DNA of 64,000 bases from an uncultured bacterium (GTDB lineage Bacteria > Abyssobacteria > SURF-5): contig CAZSKP010000023.1 in assembly GCA_964607485.1 (NCBI GenBank), positions 1-64,000 on the forward strand, written 5' to 3'. Positions 1-10,367 of the stretch are shown in pieces. A program made the translations under genes and the position numbers. The notes below the pieces were generated by a model. That model was given only the letters and a program-made list of their open reading frames with translations. It had not been told where the DNA came from and searched no databases. The stretch's first letter is position 1; each line of letters opens with the position of its first letter.

Positions 1-942
1 GGATTCAACCGATACACGGTCACGCAGGGGATTCCAGAACTCCGCGACGCCATCCGCAGCCACTACCGCAGCCATCACGGCGTCGAATTCGAGGACGTGC
101 TGATAACCTCGGGCGTCTCGGGCGGGCTGATGCTCGCGTTCATTGCCCTCATCGACCAGGGCGACGAGGTGCTCCTGACCGACCCATATTTTGTGATGTA
201 CAAACACCTGGCGAACCTCTTCGGCGGAAAGCCGGTGTTCGTCGACACGTACCCCGATTTTACCCTTCGCCCCGAAAGGCTCGAGGAAAAAGTCACGCGC
301 CGCACGAAGATGCTCGTCATCAACAGCCCGGGGAATCCCACGGGAAGGGTGTACACGTCGGATGAACTCCGGGGCATCGCCGATTTCGCGCGCCGCCACG
401 ACCTCCTCGTGGTAACGGACGAGATATACGACCATTTCATCTATGACCAGCCGTCCGAAACGTTCGCGAAATATTACGAGAAAACCCTCCTGTTGAACGG
501 CTTCTCGAAATCCTCCGCGATGACCGGCTGGCGGCTCGGTTACGCGGCCGGGCCGCAGGAGATAATCGAGTCGATGAAGACGCTCCAGCAGTACAGCTTC
601 GTGTGCGCGCCTTCGTTCGCGCAGAAGGCAGGCCTGGAGGCGCTCAGCTTCGACATCAGCCGGCACATTGCCGACTACCGAACCAAGCGCGACTTTATCT
701 ACGAGGGCCTGAAGGGATATTTCGATGTCGAAAAGCCCGGCGGCGCATTCTATATCTTTCCCAAGGCGCCCGGCGGCGACGGCGTGAAGTTTGTCGAGAG
801 AGCAATCGCAAACAATCTGCTGATAATTCCCGGCAACGTTTTCTCCGAACAGAATTCCCACTTCAGAATCTCGTTCGCCGCTCCAGACGAGACCATCCAC
901 CGAGGCATAGAGATCCTTCAGAAGCTCGCCAAGGAGTTCTGA
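1..942 (+). CDS. PLP-dependent aminotransferase class I/II (aspartate aminotransferase-like), 5'-truncated by window edge
   Basis: Frame open from base 1 (GFNRYTVTQGIPELRDAI); motifs NSPGNPTG, DEIYD, SKSSAMTGWRLG, GAFY. Confidence 0.92.
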   Translation, partial: GFNRYTVTQGIPELRDAIRSHYRSHHGVEFEDVLITSGVSGGLMLAFIALIDQGDEVLLTDPYFVMYKHLANLFGGKPVFVDTYPDFTLRPERLEEKVTRRTKMLVINSPGNPTGRVYTSDELRGIADFARRHDLLVVTDEIYDHFIYDQPSETFAKYYEKTLLLNGFSKSSAMTGWRLGYAAGPQEIIESMKTLQQYSFVCAPSFAQKAGLEALSFDISRHIADYRTKRDFIYEGLKGYFDVEKPGGAFYIFPKAPGGDGVKFVERAIANNLLIIPGNVFSEQNSHFRISFAAPDETIHRGIEILQKLAKEF

Positions 943-950
943 AACGGCAC

Positions 951-970
951 GGGGCGAACGCCCCCTTTCT
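951..970 (+). terminator. Possible intrinsic terminator
   Basis: GGGGC-GAAC-GCCCC hairpin followed by CTTTCT just after the stop; weak U-tract. Confidence 0.4.
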
Positions 971-1064
971 GCACGAGTCCCCTCACCCGCTGTTGATTAT
1001 TCCGGAAACTTTGTGATAAGATTGCGCTACGACATTGGGCGCTGTCTCAGGAGGGGGAACAGAA

Positions 1065-1298
1065 ATGGCGATCAACAGGGGAACCCGGAAAGCCACGTTC
1101 GTTCACATGGTCGAAACCTTCGCGATACTCGGCGTGCTATGTGGCGCCGGATGGGGAATCTACGACACGCTCGGCAAGACACCCTTCGACATGCTGATGA
1201 ACGCCATTCGTCTTGGCTTCCTCGGTTTCATCAGTGGCACGGTTGTCGGCGTCGTTCTAGGCGGGCTGACGGTGATTTACGCCACCATATTCCGCTAG
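1065..1298 (+). CDS. Small two-TM membrane protein, unknown function
   Basis: GAGGGGG RBS before ATG 1065; two Gly-rich hydrophobic segments. Confidence 0.65.
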   Translation: MAINRGTRKATFVHMVETFAILGVLCGAGWGIYDTLGKTPFDMLMNAIRLGFLGFISGTVVGVVLGGLTVIYATIFR

Positions 1299-1350
1299 GG
1301 TCTCGGACCCGAGGGTCTCAGGCCTGAGGCGGCCGGAGGAAACGAATTCG

Positions 1351-1737
1351 ATGGAAGATGTCGAAAAGTTCTTTGTCCAGCGCAGGGGCTGGCCGAGGAC
1401 GATAATTGATAAGTTGATAGACGAAGCGCAACTGCTATTGCCCACGCAGGCGCCGGGAGGCGCGCCCCGGGCCGAGGTGATCAACTTGAGCAGGGCGGGA
1501 GCGGGCGTGCTGATGCCGATGCGTCTCGAAAAAGGCACTCAGGTCAAACTGCAGATATCCGGAAAGAATATTCCGCGCTTGGATTTCGAGGCCGAGGTGC
1601 GCTGGGCCTCGAGCTCACCCGTCTCGACCGGGAAATATCCGGCGGGCCTGAAGTTTCATCATCTCGACGAAGCCAGGATGCTCAAGCTGCAGGATTTCAT
1701 CGAAATCATGCGCCAGCATCGCCCGCCTGCGGAGTAG
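1351..1737 (+). CDS. PilZ domain protein (c-di-GMP receptor-like)
   Basis: QRRGWPR (RxxxR) and NLSRAG (D/NxSxxG) motifs, AEVRW...GLKF; GGAGG RBS. Confidence 0.85.
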   Translation: MEDVEKFFVQRRGWPRTIIDKLIDEAQLLLPTQAPGGAPRAEVINLSRAGAGVLMPMRLEKGTQVKLQISGKNIPRLDFEAEVRWASSSPVSTGKYPAGLKFHHLDEARMLKLQDFIEIMRQHRPPAE

Positions 1738-2023
1738 TTCTGCCGCCGGCGACGGGGGTGAGCAGCGTGACTTCGTCCCCATCGGAAAGCCCATGCTCGA
1801 GGTCGCGCCTGTGGCCGTTGACAAGCAGGGTTGTGCCGCCCCGGAGCGTTCCGGTGGAGGGATCTATCATCAGGGCGCGAAATTTCTCGCCGTTGCGTTC
1901 GAGCAGGTAGTCAATCAATCCGCCCACCGAGGGAACAGCCGGCTCACACGTCTCCTCCTTCGAACGCGCCACATCCGCGAAAGCGCCCAGGTACCTGACT
2001 CTTATTCTTGCGCCGGTTTTCAT
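1706..2023 (-). CDS. moaD: MoaD/ThiS family sulfur carrier with 11-aa extension after GG
   Basis: IRVRYLG...LLVNG...LSDGDEVTLLTPVAGG; directly downstream of AOR. Confidence 0.85.
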   Translation of the reverse strand: MKTGARIRVRYLGAFADVARSKEETCEPAVPSVGGLIDYLLERNGEKFRALMIDPSTGTLRGGTTLLVNGHRRDLEHGLSDGDEVTLLTPVAGGRTTPQAGDAGA

Positions 2024-2033
2024 ACGCTCGAAC

Positions 2034-4001
2034 CTATACGACCGCCCCTTCTTTCTCGAGCACGTCTGCGACATCCGAGAGTCCGAGCGACGCGAGCCTC
2101 TCGCGAGTCTGGAGCGACGTGTGCTTATCCCATCCGTGCCGCTCGTAGTATTCGTCCAGCAGGTCGCTCAGATAATCTCGCGCTTTCATTCCCCGGCCGT
2201 ATTCGAACGTGACCGGCTCATCCATCCATCTCGCGCACAGCCGGTCGTCCTTGCGACGCAGGCCGAGGCGCGAGTTGAACGCCTTCTCGAGGTTGCATGC
2301 GCGCTCGCCCGCGAGCAGCAGTTCCTCGGGCGTGAGCGCGATGCCGGTCAGCGCCGAATAGGCCTCGGTGAGCAGCTTGGGCGGCATATGCAGAGGGTCG
2401 GTGGCCGGCCTGAAGATGCAGACACCCAGGCAGTTGATCGCCGCAGCATAGTTTTCCGCAAGCGCGGAGGCCGCGCCTTTCAGGTCGGGCGTGTATGCGA
2501 TGCCCGCGTCGGGCTTCCCGAGCCATTCCATCGAGATATCCTGTCGGGAGGCTTTGTCGATGATGTTGAGCCCCTTCAGGTGGTCGCACCCACGGGATGC
2601 GACCGCGAAATTCACGGCCCATATAGGGAACGAGCGTATCTCCTCGTGGAACGAGGTTCCTCCCTTTCCAGAGACGACGTATGGGGTGGTCGGCCTGTCG
2701 GTTATCTTCTCGAGAGCCTCCGCCGCTTTTTCGATGTTATGCGAACAGACCCGCCCAAGCTCGTTTTCCTGCAGGGCGACTGCCCGGATGATTTTCTCGA
2801 CGGCGTCGAAGTTGCCCCACTCGAACGACACGGGTTCGCCGAACCACTCCCGCGTGTGCTCTTCCGTGACGATGCCGCGTTCCCACAGCTCCATGAGGAA
2901 CGGGACGATTCCTCCTATCTCGGCGAGGTCCATACCGTAGTCGTTGCACATGCGATGCAGATGGGTGATGGCTGCGAAGTCGGGAATATCGCAGCCCATC
3001 CCGAAAGCGGCTATGCTGAAGTACTCGACGCTGCCGCCTACGGGACCGGCGAGCCGGCTCGCCAGCTCGGTCTCGCCGCCCTTTATCCGGCAGGAGGAAT
3101 CGCAGCCGAACGTGCATCCGGGCGAGCATGCGAGGTCGCGAAGCTTCATGTGGGCCGAATACCAGTCGGGCGACATCAGCCGTATCTTTTCATCGGGCAC
3201 CTTGGAGAACTGATTGTTGCGATACGCGTTGCCGCCGATGGCGTCGTAGAAGTCCACCATGTTCAGCGTGCCGTTCTTCTTGAAAACGTACACGAGCGGG
3301 TCGGTGTCTATCGCCTCAAAGATTCTCTCTGCGGCTCTGAACGCGGCCTCGGGGTCGTGCACCGAAATGCCCTTCGACCCGAGAGCGACTATCGCTTTGA
3401 GGTTCTTGCTTCCGGCCACACAGCCCGAGCCCGTGCGCCCGGCCGCCCGTTCTTCGGTCGATATGATGGAGGCATAGCGCACGCCATTCTCTCCCGCAGG
3501 CCCGATGCACGCGATGCCGGCCCTCGGGGAGACCTCTCCGGAGCGCAGCTTGCTCACAGTTTCATGCGTTCCCAATCCCCAAAGATGGCGCGCGTCTCGA
3601 ATCTCGACGTTGTCGTCCTCCACGTAGAGATAGACGGGCTGCTTCGCCCTTCCCGTGACTATCAAATGGTCAACACCCGCCCACCTCATCTGCGAAAAGA
3701 AATTCCCCCCGCAAGTGCTGTCTCCAAAAAAGCCGGTGACCGGGGATTTGTAGGTGAATTTCATTTTGCTGCCCAACCCGAAGCCCGTCGCTCCCAGCGG
3801 GCCGAGGCCGGCGATGAGCACATTGTCCTCGCTCAAAGGGTCGATGCGGGGGTTCACGTTCAGAAAGTGCTCCCACAAAAGCCAATCGTTCACACCCATC
3901 CCCCCGATGAATCTCCGCGCGAGTTTCAAAGGCAGGGATTGCCGCTTCACCGAGCCGTTCGTCAGATCGACTCTCACAATGTCGCCATAACCACGCGCCA
4001 T
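2034..4001 (-). CDS. aor: Aldehyde:ferredoxin oxidoreductase family (W/Mo-pterin)
   Basis: IGPAGENGV, RAAGRTGSG...GSKNLKAI, SRGCDHL, YYERHGWD; GGAGG RBS; alternative start 4007. Confidence 0.93.
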   Translation of the reverse strand: MARGYGDIVRVDLTNGSVKRQSLPLKLARRFIGGMGVNDWLLWEHFLNVNPRIDPLSEDNVLIAGLGPLGATGFGLGSKMKFTYKSPVTGFFGDSTCGGNFFSQMRWAGVDHLIVTGRAKQPVYLYVEDDNVEIRDARHLWGLGTHETVSKLRSGEVSPRAGIACIGPAGENGVRYASIISTEERAAGRTGSGCVAGSKNLKAIVALGSKGISVHDPEAAFRAAERIFEAIDTDPLVYVFKKNGTLNMVDFYDAIGGNAYRNNQFSKVPDEKIRLMSPDWYSAHMKLRDLACSPGCTFGCDSSCRIKGGETELASRLAGPVGGSVEYFSIAAFGMGCDIPDFAAITHLHRMCNDYGMDLAEIGGIVPFLMELWERGIVTEEHTREWFGEPVSFEWGNFDAVEKIIRAVALQENELGRVCSHNIEKAAEALEKITDRPTTPYVVSGKGGTSFHEEIRSFPIWAVNFAVASRGCDHLKGLNIIDKASRQDISMEWLGKPDAGIAYTPDLKGAASALAENYAAAINCLGVCIFRPATDPLHMPPKLLTEAYSALTGIALTPEELLLAGERACNLEKAFNSRLGLRRKDDRLCARWMDEPVTFEYGRGMKARDYLSDLLDEYYERHGWDKHTSLQTRERLASLGLSDVADVLEKEGAVV

Positions 4002-4003
4002 TG

Positions 4004-4459
4004 TCATTCCTCCGTCTCCACAAAAACCAGGGCCGTCGCCGCTTCGGAATTCGCCATCAACGGGCTGCTCGTCTCCGGCCGCTTCGAGCAGAACCGAACG
4101 CAGACCGGCTCGCCACCACACAGGTCGCACTTGAGGATCGTGCCGTCGGGCGCAACGTTGATGGCGCCGTACGGACACGCTTTTACGCACTCGAGGCAGA
4201 GGACGCACTTTTCCCCGTCGACCACGACCGCCCCCGTCTGCTCGTCGCGCAACAGCGCCTCGGAGGGACAGGCCTCCACGCAGGCGGGTTCGTCGCAATG
4301 CCTGCAAACTACGGGGCTGTAACAGTTCATCTCGGCATCATATTGGATTCGTATCCGCGCCGAAGCCGGGTTGAACGCACCCTGATGCCTGAGCGAGCAC
4401 ATGAGCTCGCATTCCCTGCAGCCGATGCAGAGATTCGGAACAACCGAGAGTTTTTTCAT
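4004..4459 (-). CDS. 4Fe-4S dicluster ferredoxin-like subunit
   Basis: CIGCRECELMC, CRHCDEPACVEACP, CVLCLECVKACP, KCDLC. Confidence 0.93.
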   Translation of the reverse strand: MKKLSVVPNLCIGCRECELMCSLRHQGAFNPASARIRIQYDAEMNCYSPVVCRHCDEPACVEACPSEALLRDEQTGAVVVDGEKCVLCLECVKACPYGAINVAPDGTILKCDLCGGEPVCVRFCSKRPETSSPLMANSEAATALVFVETEE

Positions 4460-4649
4460 TCACATTCCTCGCTGCGTAGACTTCGAAAACCACTCGCCTT
4501 GGCGTCCCAATAGCGGAACGCCGCAGGGAATTATACCGCATACGACGACAACTTCGCAAGAATTGCGAGCTCCATTTCCCGCCCCGCCCCCGGCGATCAA
4601 TTTGAACAGGTGCCCCAAGCAAGCTCACGCGAATGTCCGGTCTCGGGAG

Positions 4650-4678
4650 TTGACATAATCCCTTTGCTCTGTTATAGT
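4650..4678 (+). promoter_or_regulatory. Sigma-70 promoter of larE operon
   Basis: TTGACA-17 nt-TATAGT with extended -10 TG. Confidence 0.7.
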
Positions 4679-4720
4679 TATTGAGAAGCCACGCAGGTGC
4701 TCAAAATTTAGGCAACTCCC

Positions 4721-5542
4721 ATGGCGGATGCGAAAAAAGACAAGCTGGAGAAGATTTTAAGAGACCTGAGGAGCGTGCTCATAGCATTCTCCGGCGGGGT
4801 TGACAGCACATTTCTGCTCAAGGCCGCGCTGGACGCTCTCGGCCGCGAAAAAGTGCTGGCAGTCACGGCAACTTCGCTCACCTACCCCAGATCGGAGCTG
4901 GAGGACGCCTGCCGCATCGCCGAGCGCCTCGGGGCGCGGCACATGGTGATCGAATCGGAGGAGACCGAGATCCACGAATTCGCCACGAATCCGCCGAACC
5001 GGTGCTACTACTGCAAGCGCGAGCTTTTTGGCAAGCTCGTGGTGATCGCACGAGAGCATGGCCTGGCGGCGGTCGCCGACGGCTCGAACCTCGACGACCA
5101 GTCCGACCACAGGCCGGGCAAGCGGGCGGCCGACGAGCTCGGCATACGCAGCCCGCTCCTCGAAGCCGGCCTCACGAAGGCCGACATACGCGAGCTCTCG
5201 CGCTCGCTGGGGCTTCCTACGTGGGACAAGCCCGCGTTCGCATGTCTCTCCTCGCGGTTCCCCTACGGGACAGCGATTTCTCACGAGAAGCTCAGGCAGG
5301 TCGATGCCGCCGAGCAGTTCCTCCGCGGCAAAGGGTTTCGCCAGGTCCGCGTCCGACATCATGACCACACGGCTCGAATAGAGGTCGCACGCGCCGAGCT
5401 CCCGCGTTTTTTTGACGAGGCTCTCATCGCCGAAGTGGTGGCCGAGTTGAAGCGAATCGGCTATAAATACGTCACCCTCGATCTGGAGGGCTACCGCACC
5501 GGAAGCATGAACGAGGTGCTCCCGATTTCGCGCAATGAGTGA
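4721..5542 (+). CDS. larE: ATP-dependent sulfur transferase LarE family
   Basis: PP-loop SGGVDS, RCYYCK, CLSSRFPYG, VRVRHH, GYRTGSMN. Confidence 0.92.
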   Translation: MADAKKDKLEKILRDLRSVLIAFSGGVDSTFLLKAALDALGREKVLAVTATSLTYPRSELEDACRIAERLGARHMVIESEETEIHEFATNPPNRCYYCKRELFGKLVVIAREHGLAAVADGSNLDDQSDHRPGKRAADELGIRSPLLEAGLTKADIRELSRSLGLPTWDKPAFACLSSRFPYGTAISHEKLRQVDAAEQFLRGKGFRQVRVRHHDHTARIEVARAELPRFFDEALIAEVVAELKRIGYKYVTLDLEGYRTGSMNEVLPISRNE

Positions 5543-7181
5543 TTCCCAGAGCAATCCTTCCGCACAATCTGTACACCTGAACACGCCCGAGACAGAAGCA
5601 CTTCTCGCAATATCCGAGAAGCTGGGCGCGTCGCGCGACCTTTCCGAAACGTTCGGGCAGATAATGGAGATTCTCGCATCGAGGTTCGGGATGGAGCGCG
5701 GCACCCTCACCCTGCTCGACCCCGAGACGAAGCAGCTCATCATCCGCGTGGCCCACGGCCTCTCCGAAGACGAGATGAAGCGGGGAAAATACAAGATAGG
5801 CGAGGGAATAACGGGGAAGGTCGTCGAAACGGGCGGGCCGGTCATCGTGCCCAGCATCGGGCGCGAGCCACTGTTCCTCGACAGAACGGGCGCCCGCAGG
5901 AATATCGACCGCGAGAGGATCGCGTTCATATGTGTGCCGCTCAAACTCGAAAACGAGGTCGTTGGCGTGCTGAGCGTCGATAAGGTGCGCTCGGGCGACG
6001 ACACGCTCGAAGGCGACATGAGGCTGCTCACCATAATCGCCTCCATCGTCGCGCAGGCGGTCAGGGTGCACGGGGCGATAGGCGAAATCGTAGCGCTCAA
6101 GGAGCGGACGGACCGCATACTGGCGGGAATGCCCAACGGGGTGTTGGTCCTCGGCCCGACGGGCCTGGTGCTCGCGATGAATCCGGCGGCGGAACGCATG
6201 TTCGGCTTCGGCCGGGGAAGCGCGAACGGAAGGCGTTACATCGACGCGTTCGCCGACCATCGGAGCGTGCTGAACATAGTCGAGCGGATATACGACGACC
6301 CCGATGCCTCGGCAAGCTTCGAGGCCCACATCTTCGGCTCCGCTCCCGAGCCCATGCCCGTGGCCATAACGTGGTCGGTCCTGGGCGAAGAGCCCGCCGG
6401 CACACAGTCGATTGTCGTGAACGTGCAGGACCTCACCGAGGTCAAGCGGTTCGAGCGGCAACTGCGCCGCAACCAGAGGCTGGCCGCGCTGGGCACGATG
6501 GCGGCCGGCGTCGCGCACGAGATACGGAACCCGCTCGGGGGCATCCGGGGCGCCTCGCAACTGTTGGCCCGCAACATGAGCAAAGATGAAGGGCTCAAGG
6601 ATTTCCTCGACATTATAGTGCGAGAGGTGGACCGGCTCGACCGGACGGTGGAACAGCTCCTGGATTTCGCGCGTCCGGCGAAGACCGACATGGCCCCGAC
6701 CAGCGTCGGCGAAGCGGTCGAACGAGCGCTCGCGCTCTTGAAACCGGAAATCGAGAAGAGCGGCGTGAGGGTCGCCAAGAAAACCCTTTCGGAAACGAGA
6801 AAGATAAATGCCGACGCGGCCCAATTGACGCAACTGTTCCTGAACTTGTTTCTCAACTCCCTGCAGGCAATGCCCGCCGGCGGAACGCTCACCGTCACCA
6901 TCCGCGAGGAAGCGGCTTTCATCGACGCCGACGCCTCCTTCGTGGTCGTCGAAATCAACGACACCGGATGCGGCATGCCTGCGCAGACGCTCGAGCAGAT
7001 GTTCACGCCGTTCTTCACCACACGCGAGAGCGGGACGGGGCTCGGGCTGGCGATTTCGCACAGGATAGTCGAGGAACACGAGGGCGCGATAGATGTCGTG
7101 AGCGAGGAGGGCAAGGGCACGACCTTCATCGTGTCGTTCCCTGCGCCCCAGAGCCGGGCCGTTCCGAAGGAAGGCCAATAG
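5535..7181 (+). CDS. GAF-PAS histidine kinase (NtrB-like core)
   Basis: N-terminal GAF (GEGITGKV), PAS (NPAAERMFG), H-box AHEIRNPL, N box, DTGCGM, FFTT, GTGLGL. Confidence 0.92.
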   Translation: MSDSQSNPSAQSVHLNTPETEALLAISEKLGASRDLSETFGQIMEILASRFGMERGTLTLLDPETKQLIIRVAHGLSEDEMKRGKYKIGEGITGKVVETGGPVIVPSIGREPLFLDRTGARRNIDRERIAFICVPLKLENEVVGVLSVDKVRSGDDTLEGDMRLLTIIASIVAQAVRVHGAIGEIVALKERTDRILAGMPNGVLVLGPTGLVLAMNPAAERMFGFGRGSANGRRYIDAFADHRSVLNIVERIYDDPDASASFEAHIFGSAPEPMPVAITWSVLGEEPAGTQSIVVNVQDLTEVKRFERQLRRNQRLAALGTMAAGVAHEIRNPLGGIRGASQLLARNMSKDEGLKDFLDIIVREVDRLDRTVEQLLDFARPAKTDMAPTSVGEAVERALALLKPEIEKSGVRVAKKTLSETRKINADAAQLTQLFLNLFLNSLQAMPAGGTLTVTIREEAAFIDADASFVVVEINDTGCGMPAQTLEQMFTPFFTTRESGTGLGLAISHRIVEEHEGAIDVVSEEGKGTTFIVSFPAPQSRAVPKEGQ

Positions 7182-7183
7182 AG

Positions 7184-8590
<1,407 letters not shown>

Positions 8591-8658
8591 AAAGAAATCG
8601 CCGAACCATTGGGAACCGCACGCGACCGTTAGAGGGCGAAGGATTACCGCGACGAGAG

Positions 8659-9156
8659 ATGAAGAAAAACAGCCTTTCGCTGTGGCTGGTCTTGCTCTTT
8701 CTCATTGGCGCCATCTTCCTGTTCAATGTGAAAGGGATTAAGTTCTACCTGGTTCCCTCCGATTCGATGGACCCGACGCTGAAGAGGTCCGACTACATCG
8801 CGGGCTTCAGAATAAAGCCTTCCGAGCTGCAACGGGGCGACATCGTGGTATTTAACAGGGGAAAGAAGGGAGACTATTACGTCAAGCGGGTCGTGGGACT
8901 GCCGGGGGAGATGGTCATAATCTTCAACGGCTTCGTTTACATAAACGGCAACAAGCTCGACGAACCGTACGTGCAGAATCGCGGAGATGAGAACTTCGGC
9001 CCCGTGACGATTGCCAAGGGCCGCGTGTTCCTCATGGGCGACAACAGGACCGACAGCTTCGACAGCCGCTGGTTCGGGCCGGTGCCTGAAAGCCAAATCG
9101 AGGCGAAGGTTTCATTCATCTACAACCCTATCAGCAGAATGGGCCGCGTGAGGTAG
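8659..9156 (+). CDS. lepB: Signal peptidase I
   Basis: SDSMDPTL, YVKRVVGLPG, GDNRTDSFDSR. Confidence 0.93.
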   Translation: MKKNSLSLWLVLLFLIGAIFLFNVKGIKFYLVPSDSMDPTLKRSDYIAGFRIKPSELQRGDIVVFNRGKKGDYYVKRVVGLPGEMVIIFNGFVYINGNKLDEPYVQNRGDENFGPVTIAKGRVFLMGDNRTDSFDSRWFGPVPESQIEAKVSFIYNPISRMGRVR

Positions 9157-9213
9157 GGAGGAGGCTGCTCCGGCCCGCGCCGGGCAACAGACACAGGGTT
9201 CGGGGGAAATTGC

Positions 9214-9822
9214 ATGCTCCTTCATCTGATAAGGCACGGCGAGACCGACTGGAACGTCGAACGCAGATGCCAGGGTTTCAGCGACATCGAGCTCAATGCG
9301 ACCGGCCGTCGTCAGGCCGAGGCGGCGGCGAGGCATCTCAGCCACACGAACGTCACGGCGATATATTCCAGCACGCTCAAGAGGGCATATGAGACGGCCC
9401 GGATAATCGCCCGATACCACGACGCCTCTGTCCAGGCGACCGACGCCCTGCGCGAACTGAACCAGGGCGAATTCGAGGGACTTGCGCTGACCGAGCTCGT
9501 TGCGAATCATGCCGATTTCCTTGAACGCTGGTTCCGCGAACCGGCCGACATCAGGGTGCCCGGAGGAGAATCGCTTCGCGACGTGCAGAACCGCGCCTGG
9601 TCTGCACTGGAGGAAATTGTCAAGACGCATTCCGACGGCGACGTGGTCGTCGTCGGCCACAACCTGTGCAACATGACGCTGCTTTGCCGGATAATGAATC
9701 TGGACCTCTCCGATTTCCGGCGCATGCACCAGGACGTGGGTGGAATAAATGTTGTGGAATTCGGGGGACGCTGGCCTCATCCGGTCGTGCTCCGGCTCAA
9801 CGACACGTCTCACCTCCGGTAG
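9214..9822 (+). CDS. Histidine phosphatase family (GpmB/CobC-like)
   Basis: RHGETDWN, LRELNQGEFEG, PGGES, VVGH. Confidence 0.9.
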   Translation: MLLHLIRHGETDWNVERRCQGFSDIELNATGRRQAEAAARHLSHTNVTAIYSSTLKRAYETARIIARYHDASVQATDALRELNQGEFEGLALTELVANHADFLERWFREPADIRVPGGESLRDVQNRAWSALEEIVKTHSDGDVVVVGHNLCNMTLLCRIMNLDLSDFRRMHQDVGGINVVEFGGRWPHPVVLRLNDTSHLR

Positions 9823-9919
9823 ACGCTTGAACGAGCGAAGGCCTCGATGCCGACCCTGAGGGCTGTTCCTTTGAAACCGACCAGTTGCCCGAGCAAATGG
9901 AGAGAGAGGAGGTGACAAA

Positions 9920-10150
9920 ATGGCCAAGGCATACCTGAAGATTTCGGTGGACGCTGGAATGGAAAGGGAAGTATGCAGCAGTCTTAAGAAGTTGTCGGAG
10001 ATCAAGTCGGCCGACCTGACGACCGGCGACCAGGACATCGTCGCTGTAATCGAGGCGGGGAGTTACGAGGCGCTGCTGAAGACGATCGTCGAGAAGCTGC
10101 GTCAAATCAAGGGTATTGCCAGCACCTCGACAAGCCTGGTGCTGGAGTAA
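9920..10150 (+). CDS. Lrp/AsnC ligand-binding (RAM) domain protein without HTH
   Basis: TTGDQDIVAVIEA, IKGIASTSTSLV; GGAGG RBS. Confidence 0.8.
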   Translation: MAKAYLKISVDAGMEREVCSSLKKLSEIKSADLTTGDQDIVAVIEAGSYEALLKTIVEKLRQIKGIASTSTSLVLE

Positions 10151-10256
10151 GCGAACTCCGAGGAGGCACGCTGAACGGATGCGGGGGGCGGGGGTCATGC
10201 CCGAAACCGTCAAGCCGCTCCGCTCCTATAGCCACAGGGCGGAGTGGAGAAATTAC

Positions 10257-10285
10257 TTGACAATTTATAGTCAATAGGTTAAAAT
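10257..10285 (+). promoter_or_regulatory. Sigma-70 promoter of glmS with overlapping palindrome
   Basis: TTGACA-17 nt-TAAAAT; TTGAC-N8-GTCAA at 10257-10274. Confidence 0.7.
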
Positions 10286-10367
10286 GTGGCAGTGCTTCAC
10301 CGCGTGAGGGCGTGTTCGCGTCTCCAGACGCCGGCGCCACGCGTGCAAACGTCAGACGAGGTTGTCA

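Noticed and set aside
2121-4322. 733-aa plus-strand ORF
   Set aside because: Antisense shadow of AOR and ferredoxin, expected from high-GC codon bias; no motifs.
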